The translations under genes and the position numbers were made by a program. This document shows positions 22,901 through 35,689 of a stretch of DNA of 35,689 bases, piece after piece; position 1 is the stretch's first letter, and each line of letters starts with the position of its first letter. The notes beneath the pieces were generated by a model. The model was not told where the DNA came from and made no database searches. It saw only the letters and a list, made by a program, of their open reading frames with translations. This DNA is from Lenisia limosa. Taxonomy: Eukaryota > Protista > Breviatea. Location: assembly GCA_001655205.1 (NCBI GenBank), contig LPNZ01011377.1, positions 1 to 35,689 on the forward strand, read 5' to 3'.

Positions 22901-25218
22901 GACGATACCAACTTTCAGTCTCATTCCTGCGAAAACCAAGTCAATTGCACTTGTCCCAGAGCAGTAGGTTTCCGCTTCTTCATTCTTGTTGTCGTCAAAC
23001 ACTATAAGCGTGATGGTGGGGATGGCTTCGGTCAGATAAATCCTTATTTTTTTATGTCTCATTCTTATTATCGTACAAACACGGTGTTTTTAATCCATTA
23101 AGAACGATTTCATCTGCCACTGCCAAGGCGCTTCTCAATCTCAAGCCATCGGAGCTAAATAAAACCGAGAGTACTGACACCAAAGAATTAATGACAATTG
23201 TTGAACAGCCTGTAGGTGGAGGTTGGACCAGCGATTTGAAATAGCTTTATTTGTACCACTTACAGTTAATTGATATTTATTCCTTTCTACTGTTTCATAT
23301 TTCTGTCTCTTTTTTTATTATTTTAGATACCTATGGCTTCGCCACCAGTACCTTTAATTTCAAGCCAGAACATCCCCTCTCAACAGCTTATTCAAAATCA
23401 AGAGCTGCCTCAGTGGTCTCAAAACCAAAGCGCCCCCCTGAGAACACGGGAGTACTGGAAGGTCAATGACGAAGCTTTGGAGAGACGAAGAGAGGAGTAT
23501 CAGAATAAAGCCAGGTATTGTTTGGATTTGGGTGTATATTGAGTTCTTTTTTTTTGCTACAATGGGCGGTCATGGTACCCCCTATCTATTTCAAGATTAT
23601 CATCTCATAAAATTAGTTCAGTAGCGTAAATACAATCATACTTTTTTGGTATGATATCTGTATTCTCTCCAGATAGCTACCATTCCTAAATCGCCTCAGA
23701 AAGATGACACAAAACCTCCGCGGACCGACAATGGGACTGACGATTGACGCTGCGCAACTTTGCGCGTGTCTTGGCGTTCCAAGTCTTGTGGCGCCATGGG
23801 AGGCCGACAGTCAGTGCGCCGCCATGGCCCGGGATGGACTAGTGGATGGTGAGCCGGTTCTACCTGTGGTACTCTTTAATAGAATTGAGATTGACTTGAT
23901 AGTTGTTTTAACTGAAGACTCCGACTTGCTTGCTTTTGGCACTCCGTACATTGCTAGGTGGGAAGGAGAGGCTTTTTTACAGGCTTTTTTTAGTATACCC
24001 CAAGTTAGAAACTATACTCAAATATAAAACAAATATTACGACATTTTGAGAGGATCTCCTATTTTAGATGTTATAACTAAACTCGCAGATACTACTTCTC
24101 ATCAAAGAACCACCCAAGACTCTACTCGTTAGACGCCTTACAGCAGACAGAGGGACTTGGGCACTCTGAGGTTCGTTTCTATATCTGGACTAGAGGTGCG
24201 GTGCCATTTTTTCAACTGTGTATTGGTGTCACCGTTATATGGTAAATATTGGTAATTATGTCATTTCATTTGACATTTCATACACATGTAATATCCAAAT
24301 AAGGTGGTTGATGCATGATCATTTCAGATTGTGTTCCTTGCCACTCTTCTGGGGTCTGACTACTGCAATGGCGTTCAGCAAATTGGTGGGAGAGGGGACG
24401 GGTATTCTATTTGTAAATGAGTGAGTGATTTGTGAATGTATGGTGATACTACGGCTTCCCAAATTCAACAAACCTTTTATCTACTACATCCAAAAGAGAC
24501 ACTTTAGAAAGTTATGTTTTAGGATCCAAATTAGCCCCTGAGGTTATCAAAGAATTTGGTTCGGTTTCAGCATTCAAGCAGTGGCTACAAGATGAGAGGT
24601 ATGCATGCATCTTTTTCCTGCCCTTTGCTATGTTTCAATGAACTTTTATCCCAAACAAAGACGGAATTTGGAGGTCCGGTCAAAAGTGAAGTTCATCCAC
24701 ACCGATTTACGAACTTAAGCTTGGGTGAAGACGGCTTTCGCACGAAACTCCGAAGGCGACTCTCTAAGACGACAATTGACGCTACGTATGGCCATCCTAA
24801 GGTGCTTGACGCGTATTTGAACCCAGTGTTCGTGGGGTGTATAATGAGTAAAGAAGCAGTTTACTTCCTTTCACCCCCAAAAATAACCTTTTCCTCTGTT
24901 TTTTTTGGGGGGATTATTATTTAGTATGCTGTTGTAAATCTATTTTAGCAGTCAGAAATGTTGTTCAATCTCTAACATCAGCAGCTACACCAAGCCGAAG
25001 CCTGGTGAAATACAATGGAGGGATGTTGACCTTGCAGCACTCCAGGCGTTCCTAGCCAAGTCTATTGGGTGGGACTCAATGTACTACATTATTACCTTTT
25101 GGGACTTGTTTCACATTTTAGATGGGGAGTTCAAGAAAGTCTCAAGTTTATGAGCCCGTATTTCCAGCAGCTGGAGTCTCGAAAACAAGCGGCAAACTTT
25201 TTCCGTTCAAAGTCATAG
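16914..25218 (+). CDS. ERCC5: XPG/Rad2 structure-specific endonuclease (nucleotide excision repair), many exons, long spacer
   Basis: N-domain MGVKGLWDIAAPGG..KVVAIDASIWLHQAL..KPVVVFDGLSPPLKVKTL; XPG-type FSQLKPEEQINI and SFSEIQMASIIKANL; I-domain DAAQLCACLGVPSLVAPWEADSQCAAMARDGLVD..LTEDSDLLAFG; H2TH LLGSDYCNGVQQIG..GPKLAPEVIKEF; WRDVDLAALQAFLAKSIGWG; stop TAG 25216-25218. Some spacer micro-exons unresolved. Confidence 0.92.
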
Positions 25219-25637
25219 TCCCCAGTATCGAATTGAATTTATGACATATTGGATCTATTTTTGTCATGTTGTAATATGGCAATATAATACTGCAGACAGA
25301 AAAAGCTTCAATGAGCACCACAGATTACGTTTAAACGAAATGAATGAATATGGGCCTCCACTGTTAACTGTAAACAACGTTTTGGTCATAGGGTGGTAAC
25401 AAATTCACCAAAACAACAAAACGTCACAATTTCAACTTTCCTGGTCTGGGTGGTGGTTTCTTGAAGGTCATAGGTTCGATTCTCTTTACCCCCGTTTTTT
25501 TTTCGTGAGAGCGACATGGGGAGAACAATACACTCCGAACTGGTGACAGCGGACCAAACTCTGAAATACGCGGGTCCGTCTAAAATCCACCCTGTTAGTA
25601 TAAAAGTTGGAATTTTTTTTCAAAAAAATCACTCAAC

Positions 25638-27193
<1,556 letters not shown>

Positions 27194-27354
27194 GCGTCGC
27201 TTATTTATGGAAGGATTTGATCTTTAATGCATCTTATCCACTTTAAACCCTGGCTTCTCTGTTTTTATTGGGTATCTTATTATCATATGGGAAAAAATTC
27301 CCCGATCTGGCTCCTTTTTCGGCTGTAAAAACCTACACAACTACACATTGACAG

Positions 27355-30175
27355 CTACAATGTTGCATTTATGAGGCAGCATTTCAAACAGCACTTGAGC
27401 TGTTGAGATGGTCCAACTATACTACCGCTGACCTGCGGGGAGTACAATTTATTGTTCACTAGCAACTGCAGCAAACCATTGGTAGGTTAAAACATCTTAC
27501 TACGTTTACTAAAGCATACGTACGACCACAAGAGATTTTATGTAAGTAATCAATCAAGTTATATTGCTGGCCTGGTAGTTATGGCAGATTCGTCACATTT
27601 GTACCGATTTCTTCTCACATCATGTAGGTTGATCAACATTCGGCCACTATGACGATTGAAGGGAAGCCCGAAGCACAAGCTCTATATAGCCCGTTGTTTG
27701 TTAGTATCAGATTTTTCCTAAGAAAAATATAATATGTTATGTGTCTACTATTATTTCTTTACCAATGGCTATAACCTCGAAAATGAAACTTTGAATGCAA
27801 AACCTACTTTTATACCTAACATTAGTCATTCCTTTTAGGCAGCACAGAAACAGAAACGGTCCGATACAGTTACATCCTAGAAAATAGTAAACCATTTTAG
27901 TCCTTCGAAAATGAAGAGTAATTAGAGACACGATCTTAAAGAACTGACGTCGGAGAATGAACATTCACTACCAATATGGTGACATATTCCCCTTTCCTGT
28001 TTTAAAACCCACATTTGGAAAGAGATGGTGTGGAAAAGTCTTTTTGTCCCAGCCTACTTTCGAGAGACAATTTAAGAAGTCCTTGTATGGGCGCGTTTGG
28101 GTCAATGAATGCAACATAGTATCTTTCTAAACCAATTATCACAAACATGGATCACAGATTCAATCAACAACTGTTTTAGCACACCGTTAGCCGATTTACT
28201 TCCATTCGAAAGATGGCTTTTTCAATTGAATCCTATGTGGTTACAAGTCTGCGCTCTGCATGCATGGAATATATCACACAAATCATCACACATTTTCCCT
28301 AAAAAAAAAAGAAAACGCATTTGATCTTCAATTTCACTTCAATTTGATTAAAAACAAATCTTCCATCCCTCAAACGAAAAGGTCATGTCGATAGAGATAG
28401 GCCTTGGCGGAAAAGATGATCTCAGAATTCTTGTTTTTGTTGCGTCCCGGTACGCCCTCAAGTCTAAACGTGGCTTCCCATATCTAATTGAGGTGATTTA
28501 CAGATAAGAGCGAAAAATGTACATGTACATGTATATCATAAACAGCGGATTGTTCGTGACACTAGTGAAAGACCAAGTGAAAAAGAGCACTTCAAAGAAA
28601 GTAACAGTATTGTTGAGTTTGATAGTGCCTAATTCATGGAAAGAAAGAGGCATTTCTTTGCTAAATAGCCATTACCCCAGAATATGCAGTCGCCGTTTAA
28701 TATCATATCGTTCTTGTAGCACAAAAAAACATCCTTATTAGAAGATGAGGTAACGGACAAACCTCTTTAAAAATTTGATACTCTGGAGAAGGAGATATAT
28801 CAACGACCTTTCCGTGTATTGTCATAAAATGCCGTCAAAAACACAGGTGTTGCCTTGGGGGTAGAGGAGCTGGTACTTCTAAATATAATTGAATCAACCA
28901 AAGGTCTCAATCGGGTTTGGCCTAAGGTAAACACAATCGTATCAGCGTACAGTATATGCTTATATATTATAAGCTATGATATCATCTAATATACGTATAC
29001 TATACTATATGATATCATATATTATATATCATATATATTATGTATATCAGATTTTTTAAGAAACAATACAAGGTCTATCATACGGTTTCAATGAACTCAT
29101 CCTAAATTCCACCCAAAACCTGAATAGAATTTGACAACTGGGTCTTCAAAAAATGTACCATTTCCTTCAATGTTCAGAAGTCACAAGTAAGTGGTTAACG
29201 AGATTACTAATATATTCAGTCTTCAGGCTAAATACATCCCACCCGTATTTAGTGTAAAGCGAGCATTTTAGGACCAAAATGTCACGCCTTGCGAGGGTGT
29301 GTCAAAATATGGAGTCGTGCACTCCTCTTACCTCATTTGATTTCGAGACAGCAGGGACACGGAATGAGGATATGTACTTGTTTTCGCACTGACAACGGGA
29401 ATAATGTGAATCGCTGCATGTTCGCGTTGTTGGAGGGTCCAGTAGTGAAACTGATAACTGCAAATATGACATTGGAGTGGAATGATAACGAGAGCAAAGC
29501 GAGACAGTTACACATATTGATACCCAATTTACATCGAAGGAGTTATGAGTGCGCAAAGAGTCTTGGAAGTCCATAGGATAAGTTTGAATGTGGCGCAACG
29601 TTTGGTCAATGTCAAAATGCGTAACTACCTGTCCTTGCCACCCCCGTATTCTCTCTCTTAGGCAGTCAAATGATAACAGAAAGAGCGACAACAAATAAAT
29701 TGAATGATTTCTCACAGTCAACAGAATTACGAGAATAAACGGTGCTGAATTATCTGGTATGAAGGTGAATGTTACTTATCAAGGTTTGACTTGATTATTC
29801 ACTTTTACAACAGCATGGTATTCATGAATTATATTATACCACCTCCAAATCCCAATTACATAATTTCAGGATGTTGTTTATGTAAAACATCATTCACAAT
29901 GACTCCAATAAAGATTTGTTCAGTATCAATATCGTCTAAGTTGTCAGTGAAAGAAAAAAATTTGATACAAAATCATATGATATACAAACACGTAAAATAA
30001 CCAATCACAACTCGAAATACGTAATATGATATGTATTTAATAAATATTCCAATTGCCCAATGAAAAGTCAAGACAGTACCATGTACTCACTTTCCTTAAA
30101 GCGGAAAATGCCGGAGCTCGCTCCACCACCCAAGGGTCCATGGTCACCATTCAACAAAATGAAGAGAGGGTAACT
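27355..30175 (-). CDS. Multi-exon hypothetical protein, boundaries uncertain, may be joined to the gene on its right
   Basis: GT-AG bounded open segments on the minus strand: ERIRGWQGQVVTHFDIDQTLRHIQTYPMDF, LSVSLLDPPTTRTCSDSHYSRCQCENKY, QTRLRPLVDSIIF..PVFLTAFYDNTRK, IWEATFRLEGVPGRNK..AYLYRHDLF, LCFGLPFNRHSGRMLINLHDVRRNRY. No complete model or family. Confidence 0.45.
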
Positions 30176-30309
30176 AAAAGACATAAAATAACAACATCCG
30201 CCAATTGGACCATTCTAAAAATTCTTCAGAAATTGATTGGATAATATGAGAGCTGTATGTTTATATGAAAGTGAAGATGAGAAATTGAAAAAAAAAACGT
30301 GATATCATA

Positions 30310-33300
30310 TCAAACTGAAAAACAGTCTAACTTCTGTTTATTGGCACTTTGGATGAAGTATTCTAGAATGCCAGCATGAAACTAAGGTGTTAAAACTGAA
30401 TTCAGATATGACATGCTACATATCATACATATATTAGTATATTAGTAGTATGATATCATATATATATGATGTAGTATATCATATACTATATGATATAGTA
30501 TATTATATAGTATATTATAATATGTGAGATAATATAATATACTATAAAATATATTATATGATATGAAGATAGCCTCCATCAGAGTGGTAAAAACTCTAAA
30601 ACTCCTTACAGCATCGTTCCTTGCAGTATATCCAAGATGATGATGTGCGCCATAATTCTGAGGGCATATAAGTTTACGCAGTAAAATAAGAGCTGCAAAG
30701 AATTATTATTCCCTCTGATATTGGGAAACTCATGATCCATTCTCTAGGAATAGGAAATTCATGAACGGAAACAATCCACGCTCCTCCAACATTGCCTTTG
30801 ATGAAGGTAGGTTGGTCTGCAGAATATCGATCAACAAAACATCGAAGTTTGCCGAAGCAGTCGACTTCTGACACAGATGTTGCCGTCATATCATAGGCCT
30901 GGAAATTAGAACGCGACAAATAGAGTGGACCTATGAGTGATTAGGTTCATATTCACGTTGATACACCCCGTTCAGCTCGTTACAATTGAACCCACCTCTT
31001 CTCCGAATATCTTTGGGTCATACAGAGAATTATCAGGGTCCACGCTATGGTCGTAGAAGTTTCCCCAGTCAAGACTCAGCCATCCGTTGGCTGCGATATG
31101 TCAGAAATGACGGTAACAAATTATCAAGATGAAACATGAGGCAACTTTTAGATTACTATTTACCAACCAGAAAAAGATGCCAAGTTGTGGGAAATGGGGC
31201 ATGAGTTGAAAAAAGTTGCAATGTCAATCTAAAAAATGAATCACGAATTTCTCAGAATGCTAAGCTCACAGAATCGGACTTTGATTCATGGATAATCGAG
31301 CGAAATCCAATCTAAGTTGTCGAATTAGAAATGAAAACAGCTCAGACTTCAACAGTTGTACAAAATTTCTCTTTGACCTCAAACAGATTTGCCTGACAAC
31401 GCTAGTCCCAATTGCATTGGTGCTCTGTTATTTTGGGAAGCACCCTCTTGCTTCGAAGCCTGGAGGGGATTCCATTGACATCAGAATACTTAAGGTACAG
31501 AGTATCCGGATAAGTAAAAGTCACAAGTCCAATTGACTGTACTATTTATCATACAGGTTAATAACCCCTATTCGTGATGCAATCCACCCATTATCATTTC
31601 ATGAGCCGCACTCAAACCGTTGTGATAAAAGCTGCCTGGTAACCCTCCGGGTTAGACTCATTAAAGATGTTGAACATTAAAGGATGGCCAATTTTCATGA
31701 CATTTGGGGATAAAAACTCAAACATCATATGTCGGACGTGCGGTGGGTTTTTAATAAGGTATCGGTTCAATTTGTCGCCAGTCGCACCTAGTAGTGAGAT
31801 TACGAGCATTTTATGGATAAAACCTCCACTCATATTCAACAATTTTTGAAACTTCATGATGGTTGGTCGGGCTCCTCTATGTTCCGAATTCCGAAGGGGA
31901 GTCGATATTTATCGAGAAATCATCGAAATATCTCTATTATTTGGGACCAAATGGAAACATATAAGTTAGTGTGTTATCGAAGACGACACATATAGTACAC
32001 AGGAGGATATACAATATGTATAAAACGATGATATTCATAAAAAATACCAAAGTTAATTTATCTAGTACTGAGTCAAAAAAGACCAAACTTGCTTTGCACT
32101 GACCTTCATAATCGTCAAAAGCGCTACGCATGGCCGTTTCTCTTGACCAAATCGCGTGTTCAATACCACGAATGTTCGGCTTGATATCGCACTGATATGC
32201 TAAGTGAAACTCGATAACTCAAAAGTCAAGATGAAGAAAAAGAGTTTCATGAGGGGAGCTAGTTCTTTGTAACTACCTCTTCTATCGACAGCGAAAAGAA
32301 AGAAAGCATACTCACCATTTCCTTCTCATAAGGTATACTCTTCAGTGGCGTTGGTTGCCCGAAATGGGCCTCATGAGTCGGTCGGAGGAATTCGATGTAC
32401 TCCTTACTGAGAGACTTTTTGCTGTTGACACAGCCAATTTCCGGTGGTGACGGCCTAAGAGGTCACGTGGGATACTATGAGATGATGACTCAATATCTAC
32501 ACTATGAATATGAAGGACTAGAGTGTCACTTAATAGAAATGAGACATTTTGAAATAGTTATTCATATTTGGACGCATTTTACCGACAGCTCACGAGGACT
32601 TCTTTATTGATTGTGGGGGAACAACTGTGATGAAACCAGAGAAATATCGCTGTCGATCCGGGCGGGGGTCGATCTTGTACCCACAAGTGCCATTTCTGAT
32701 ACAGATAAAAATAGTCTTAAATGCAGTAGTGTGTTTAATATATGATAGTTTTATTTCAGGTAAGAGGGATGTAAACAATGATAGCAACAACAGATTACAT
32801 AACACACAATTGTAATATCGTAAATATGTTAAGAGACTATTTCAGTTCATCTGAGATTTAACAAAAAATATGAATAACAATTCCTCTTTTGAAATTCCTC
32901 ATCCCAGGTTATTCTCCTAAACTAGGCTCTATATATATGTTTCTTCAATCAATACACAATAGGGCTCCATGAAGGGTTGGTGTTATGGGTTTTAACCCTA
33001 TACACAATCGTCCAACATGGTTGTCCTCCTGACACTGCAATCCTGGCTTTCAATATACCGATCTCAACCTTACACTTTCATAGTCGAAGAAGAAAGGAAG
33101 TGATAGGTTTCAACAGAGAAATAAAATAATCCATCTCTTAACTTTCATACAAGACACAAAACATGTTTCAAAATCAATGGTTTTGAACTAACAACACGTT
33201 ATCAGTTGCAAAACCTCAATAACCAGTGGAATAAAATGAACAATCTGTCCTCAAAAGAGTTATGTTGGTAATGTTAGGAATATCAACCAAAAGCGACAAA

Positions 33301-34205
33301 GAAAACCACAATTTTTTTTTAAAAAAATACATCGTAAATAGCTAGCGTTGCAGGTCACAGTTTCTAGGCTCTCCCTACGATCCCAAAATAATAATTGATT
33401 AGTATTATCTAGTCATATACTATAATATGCATATTTTATGTTCCTTTTAGTCCATAAGGAAGCTGGTAGTAAAACATGACATCAACAGTGACCAGGAATG
33501 GGTCAGCATCATACGTTGAAGTCTGGCCACATATATTCAGGGGGACATTTGTCGGACATTGTTGTGGTGCTGACTGTTTGGCCTTGTGAGCTTTACGGTC
33601 GGTACCATTGGGGAAGAGCGATTCTGTGAGAGTAACATCTGGAAAGACATCTTACAATCCTACTAATTTGACTAAAATAAAGTTGCCTGTAGAATGGCAT
33701 TAGACAGTTGTATTAATTATTTAGAAAATATCAAAAAAGAGAGCTTTACAATGCCGCATCATACAAAATCAAAACAATGCCATTATCAAGCATCAATCAG
33801 AACTTCCACAATAAATTCTCAATAAATTTTCAAGAAAACCTCCCCGTCTAACCTGTAACACAGTAGCCTTTTTCAGAATGCAAACAAGGCTTGCACTTGT
33901 AGAAACACGAAGATGAAGCAAACATGTACCTAATATAGTAAAGCTGAGTATCACGGAAATGGTGAATTTTGGGGAATATGATACCCAATAAACAAAAAAG
34001 CCCCACAATTCACTTTGTCCTGCAACATAGGTCAAGGCCTCGCCATCGTTACAAAGCGTATCGCAGCTTGTAGAGAGAATCTTTGCGGTGAAAAGGCAAT
34101 GTAAGAAATCCTGGATATGAGACAAATCAATCACATATTTGACAATGTATTTGTCATGATTATTTATGACGAAATGAAAAAGACTGCCAGAATACGAAGT
34201 ACCAT
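30310..34205 (-). CDS. Multi-exon hypothetical protein, Cys-rich N-terminal half plus globular C-terminal half; possibly secreted
   Basis: Joinable segments: STSCDTLCNDGEAL..YMFASSSCFYKCKPCLHSEKGYCVTGNFILVKLVGLIALPNGTDRK..CPTNVPLNICGQ; CSPTINKEVLVSCRPSPPEIGCVNSKKSLSKEYIEFLRPTHEAHFGQP..EMCDIKPNIRGIEHAIWSRETAMRSAF; QRMLSLDWGNFYDHSVDP..AYDMTATSVSEVDCFGKLRCFVDRY. Candidate start MVLRILAVFFIS at 34205. Phase unresolved near 31.9 kb. Confidence 0.5.
30415..30565. repeat. AT-rich low-complexity (ATAT/GATAT) tract; similar tracts at about 9590-9650 and 28960-29050
   Basis: Visible degenerate atatc/tatag repeats in non-coding positions. Confidence 0.8.
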
Positions 34206-35570
34206 TGAGATATGTTGGTTATAATTATGAAATTTTAATAGATCATATATGATGCATGTACATACTATGTATATTTAAATACAAAAATGGTGAAATCGTG
34301 AAAACTGAAGGACAAAGAGGTTAATAAGGATTCATATTACTGAGAAACGAAAAGATAACAAAAGCTTGTACACGCCGTACCTTTTCAACAGAAACCAATT
34401 TCGGAACAATAAGGAAGGAGATAACATTGACTAAAACAACTACAACGACAACTGCAACACACTTCCCTAGAGAGGTCAGCTCAAAAATAGACAAAAGATA
34501 TTACTTCATAAAAAAGCAAATTAAAGACAGGGGTAGCATTGAGGAACAGAAAATTCGTTGAAAACTTACATAATAGGCCGCGAAAACGACTAGCTAGCGA
34601 TAACATTACAACAAGGTAGATTAAAAAAGAAGACACATGAAATGAAGATATGGCGGTGCTAAATAGTCAGTTTGATGGTCCTTTGGCATGAGGAATAATG
34701 ACAACCAACGGATAGAAAAGTCAACACTGATACGCTGATAAATGTAAAACAAGACAACTGGCAGCAAAACCTAATAGAACCAGGTCTCACTTCCGCAATC
34801 CTCCCATCTTACATTGTACTGATAAATGCTTGAGTGCTTAAATGATATGAATATTTATATCTACTATGCACCTCCTATTCTCTGAGCACTGACACCGAGA
34901 AGTGGTTTAATAGCATCTATTTCATTATTTGCAGCTGACTTTTTGTTGCAAAAGAAATGGGTAGTAAGGGGCCCGGCCCGCAGCTGGGGATTACGCACAA
35001 CACCAAATCCCCTTTTTTTTGAACCCCTTCTTTCAACTAAGAAAACAACTGCTAACAATGGAAGTCTTTCTTTCGTGAAAGAGTACACCCAGATGAGGCT
35101 CAGATCATCAAGCCAGATCAGATTCAGATCAAGTCCAGATCCAGATCATACCTCTTGCCCTCCCCTCTGAGTCGTCCAGGTCTTACTAATACCCGATTAA
35201 TACTTTCTATTATAAGAACTAGACCAAACCTGGACGACATCCACGACCAATAGCATGCAAAAACCATCTAACACCATCAGATGAAATATTGTCGTAATCC
35301 TCGGGTCTGCAGCTTGGGAAGAGGAGGCAGTTTGGTCCTGCTGTAAATGACAGGTAAATGACCTTCCACTTCTCGATTTCACTTCCGATTCTAAAAAAAC
35401 CGAGATAATTCCGAATATATTCAAGAATTTGCCTCCAGTCAAAATTCAATACTGTATGGAAAATCATATCAAACAATACTTAATTTTTGTGAAGCCTTCC
35501 CCAAGTTGGGCAAAAAGAAACCTGAATAGACATCTGTCAGGGCAAGACAATTCCCCTGAACTGGAAGAAA

Positions 35571-35689
35571 CTAAGCACGGAAGAAAACACGCGCTCCTGC
35601 GAGGGAGTAGAAGATCTGCTCATATTCTGAGAGGAAGCTTGCGATCTTTTGAAGTTGGATCTGGGCAGTGGAAACGAGAGCTTGGTCCT
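35571..35689 (-). CDS. WASHC4: C-terminal exon of WASH complex subunit 4 (SWIP/KIAA1033), partial
   Basis: Minus-strand translation DQALVSTAQIQLQKIASFLSEYEQIFYSLAGARVFFRA* matches the WASHC4 C-terminal pattern as I recall it (EFELLYFSLSSARIFFR); only about 38 codons visible. Confidence 0.75.
   Translation of the reverse strand, partial: DQALVSTAQIQLQKIASFLSEYEQIFYSLAGARVFFRA

Noticed and set aside
25442-25503. tRNA or SINE (GGTTCGATTC B-box-like motif, then a T-run)
   Set aside because: T-stem does not pair, A-to-B box spacing is too short, no cloverleaf, no second copy in the window.
31877-31879. TAG reassigned to Gln (ciliate-type code) or read-through
   Set aside because: TAA and TAG serve as true stops in the protease, XPG, lectin-like gene and WASHC4, and long exons contain no in-frame TAR.
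27560-32200. Specific glycosyltransferase families (GT8, GT60, GT92, GT31)
   Set aside because: Only isolated partial motif resemblances, mutually inconsistent, no convincing DxD context.

Overview
Intron-rich eukaryotic genomic DNA (probably a protist; lineage not assignable here), standard genetic code, five N-runs. The ORF track shows only exon fragments, so genes were rebuilt by hand from GT-AG boundaries and reading frame. In order: uridine kinase with a hydrophobic N-terminal leader (-, runs off the left edge); a type I membrane protein with FN3, sushi, Cys-rich and GAIN/GPS-like parts (+); a coiled-coil protein with a C-terminal C3HC4 RING (-); a 15-exon secreted protein with a YadA/tail-fibre-like neck and three H-type-lectin-like repeats (-); XPG/Rad2 with a very long spacer (+); a cathepsin F-type C1A protease (+); one or two unidentified multi-exon genes at 27.3-34.2 kb (-); and the last exon of WASHC4/SWIP (-). 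Introns hold a hAT-like MITE (two copies) and several young 26-40 bp tandem duplications. Best novelty candidates are the neck-plus-lectin protein, the single-pass GPS-motif receptor and the leader-bearing uridine kinase. Family names come from motif recognition, not database searches.
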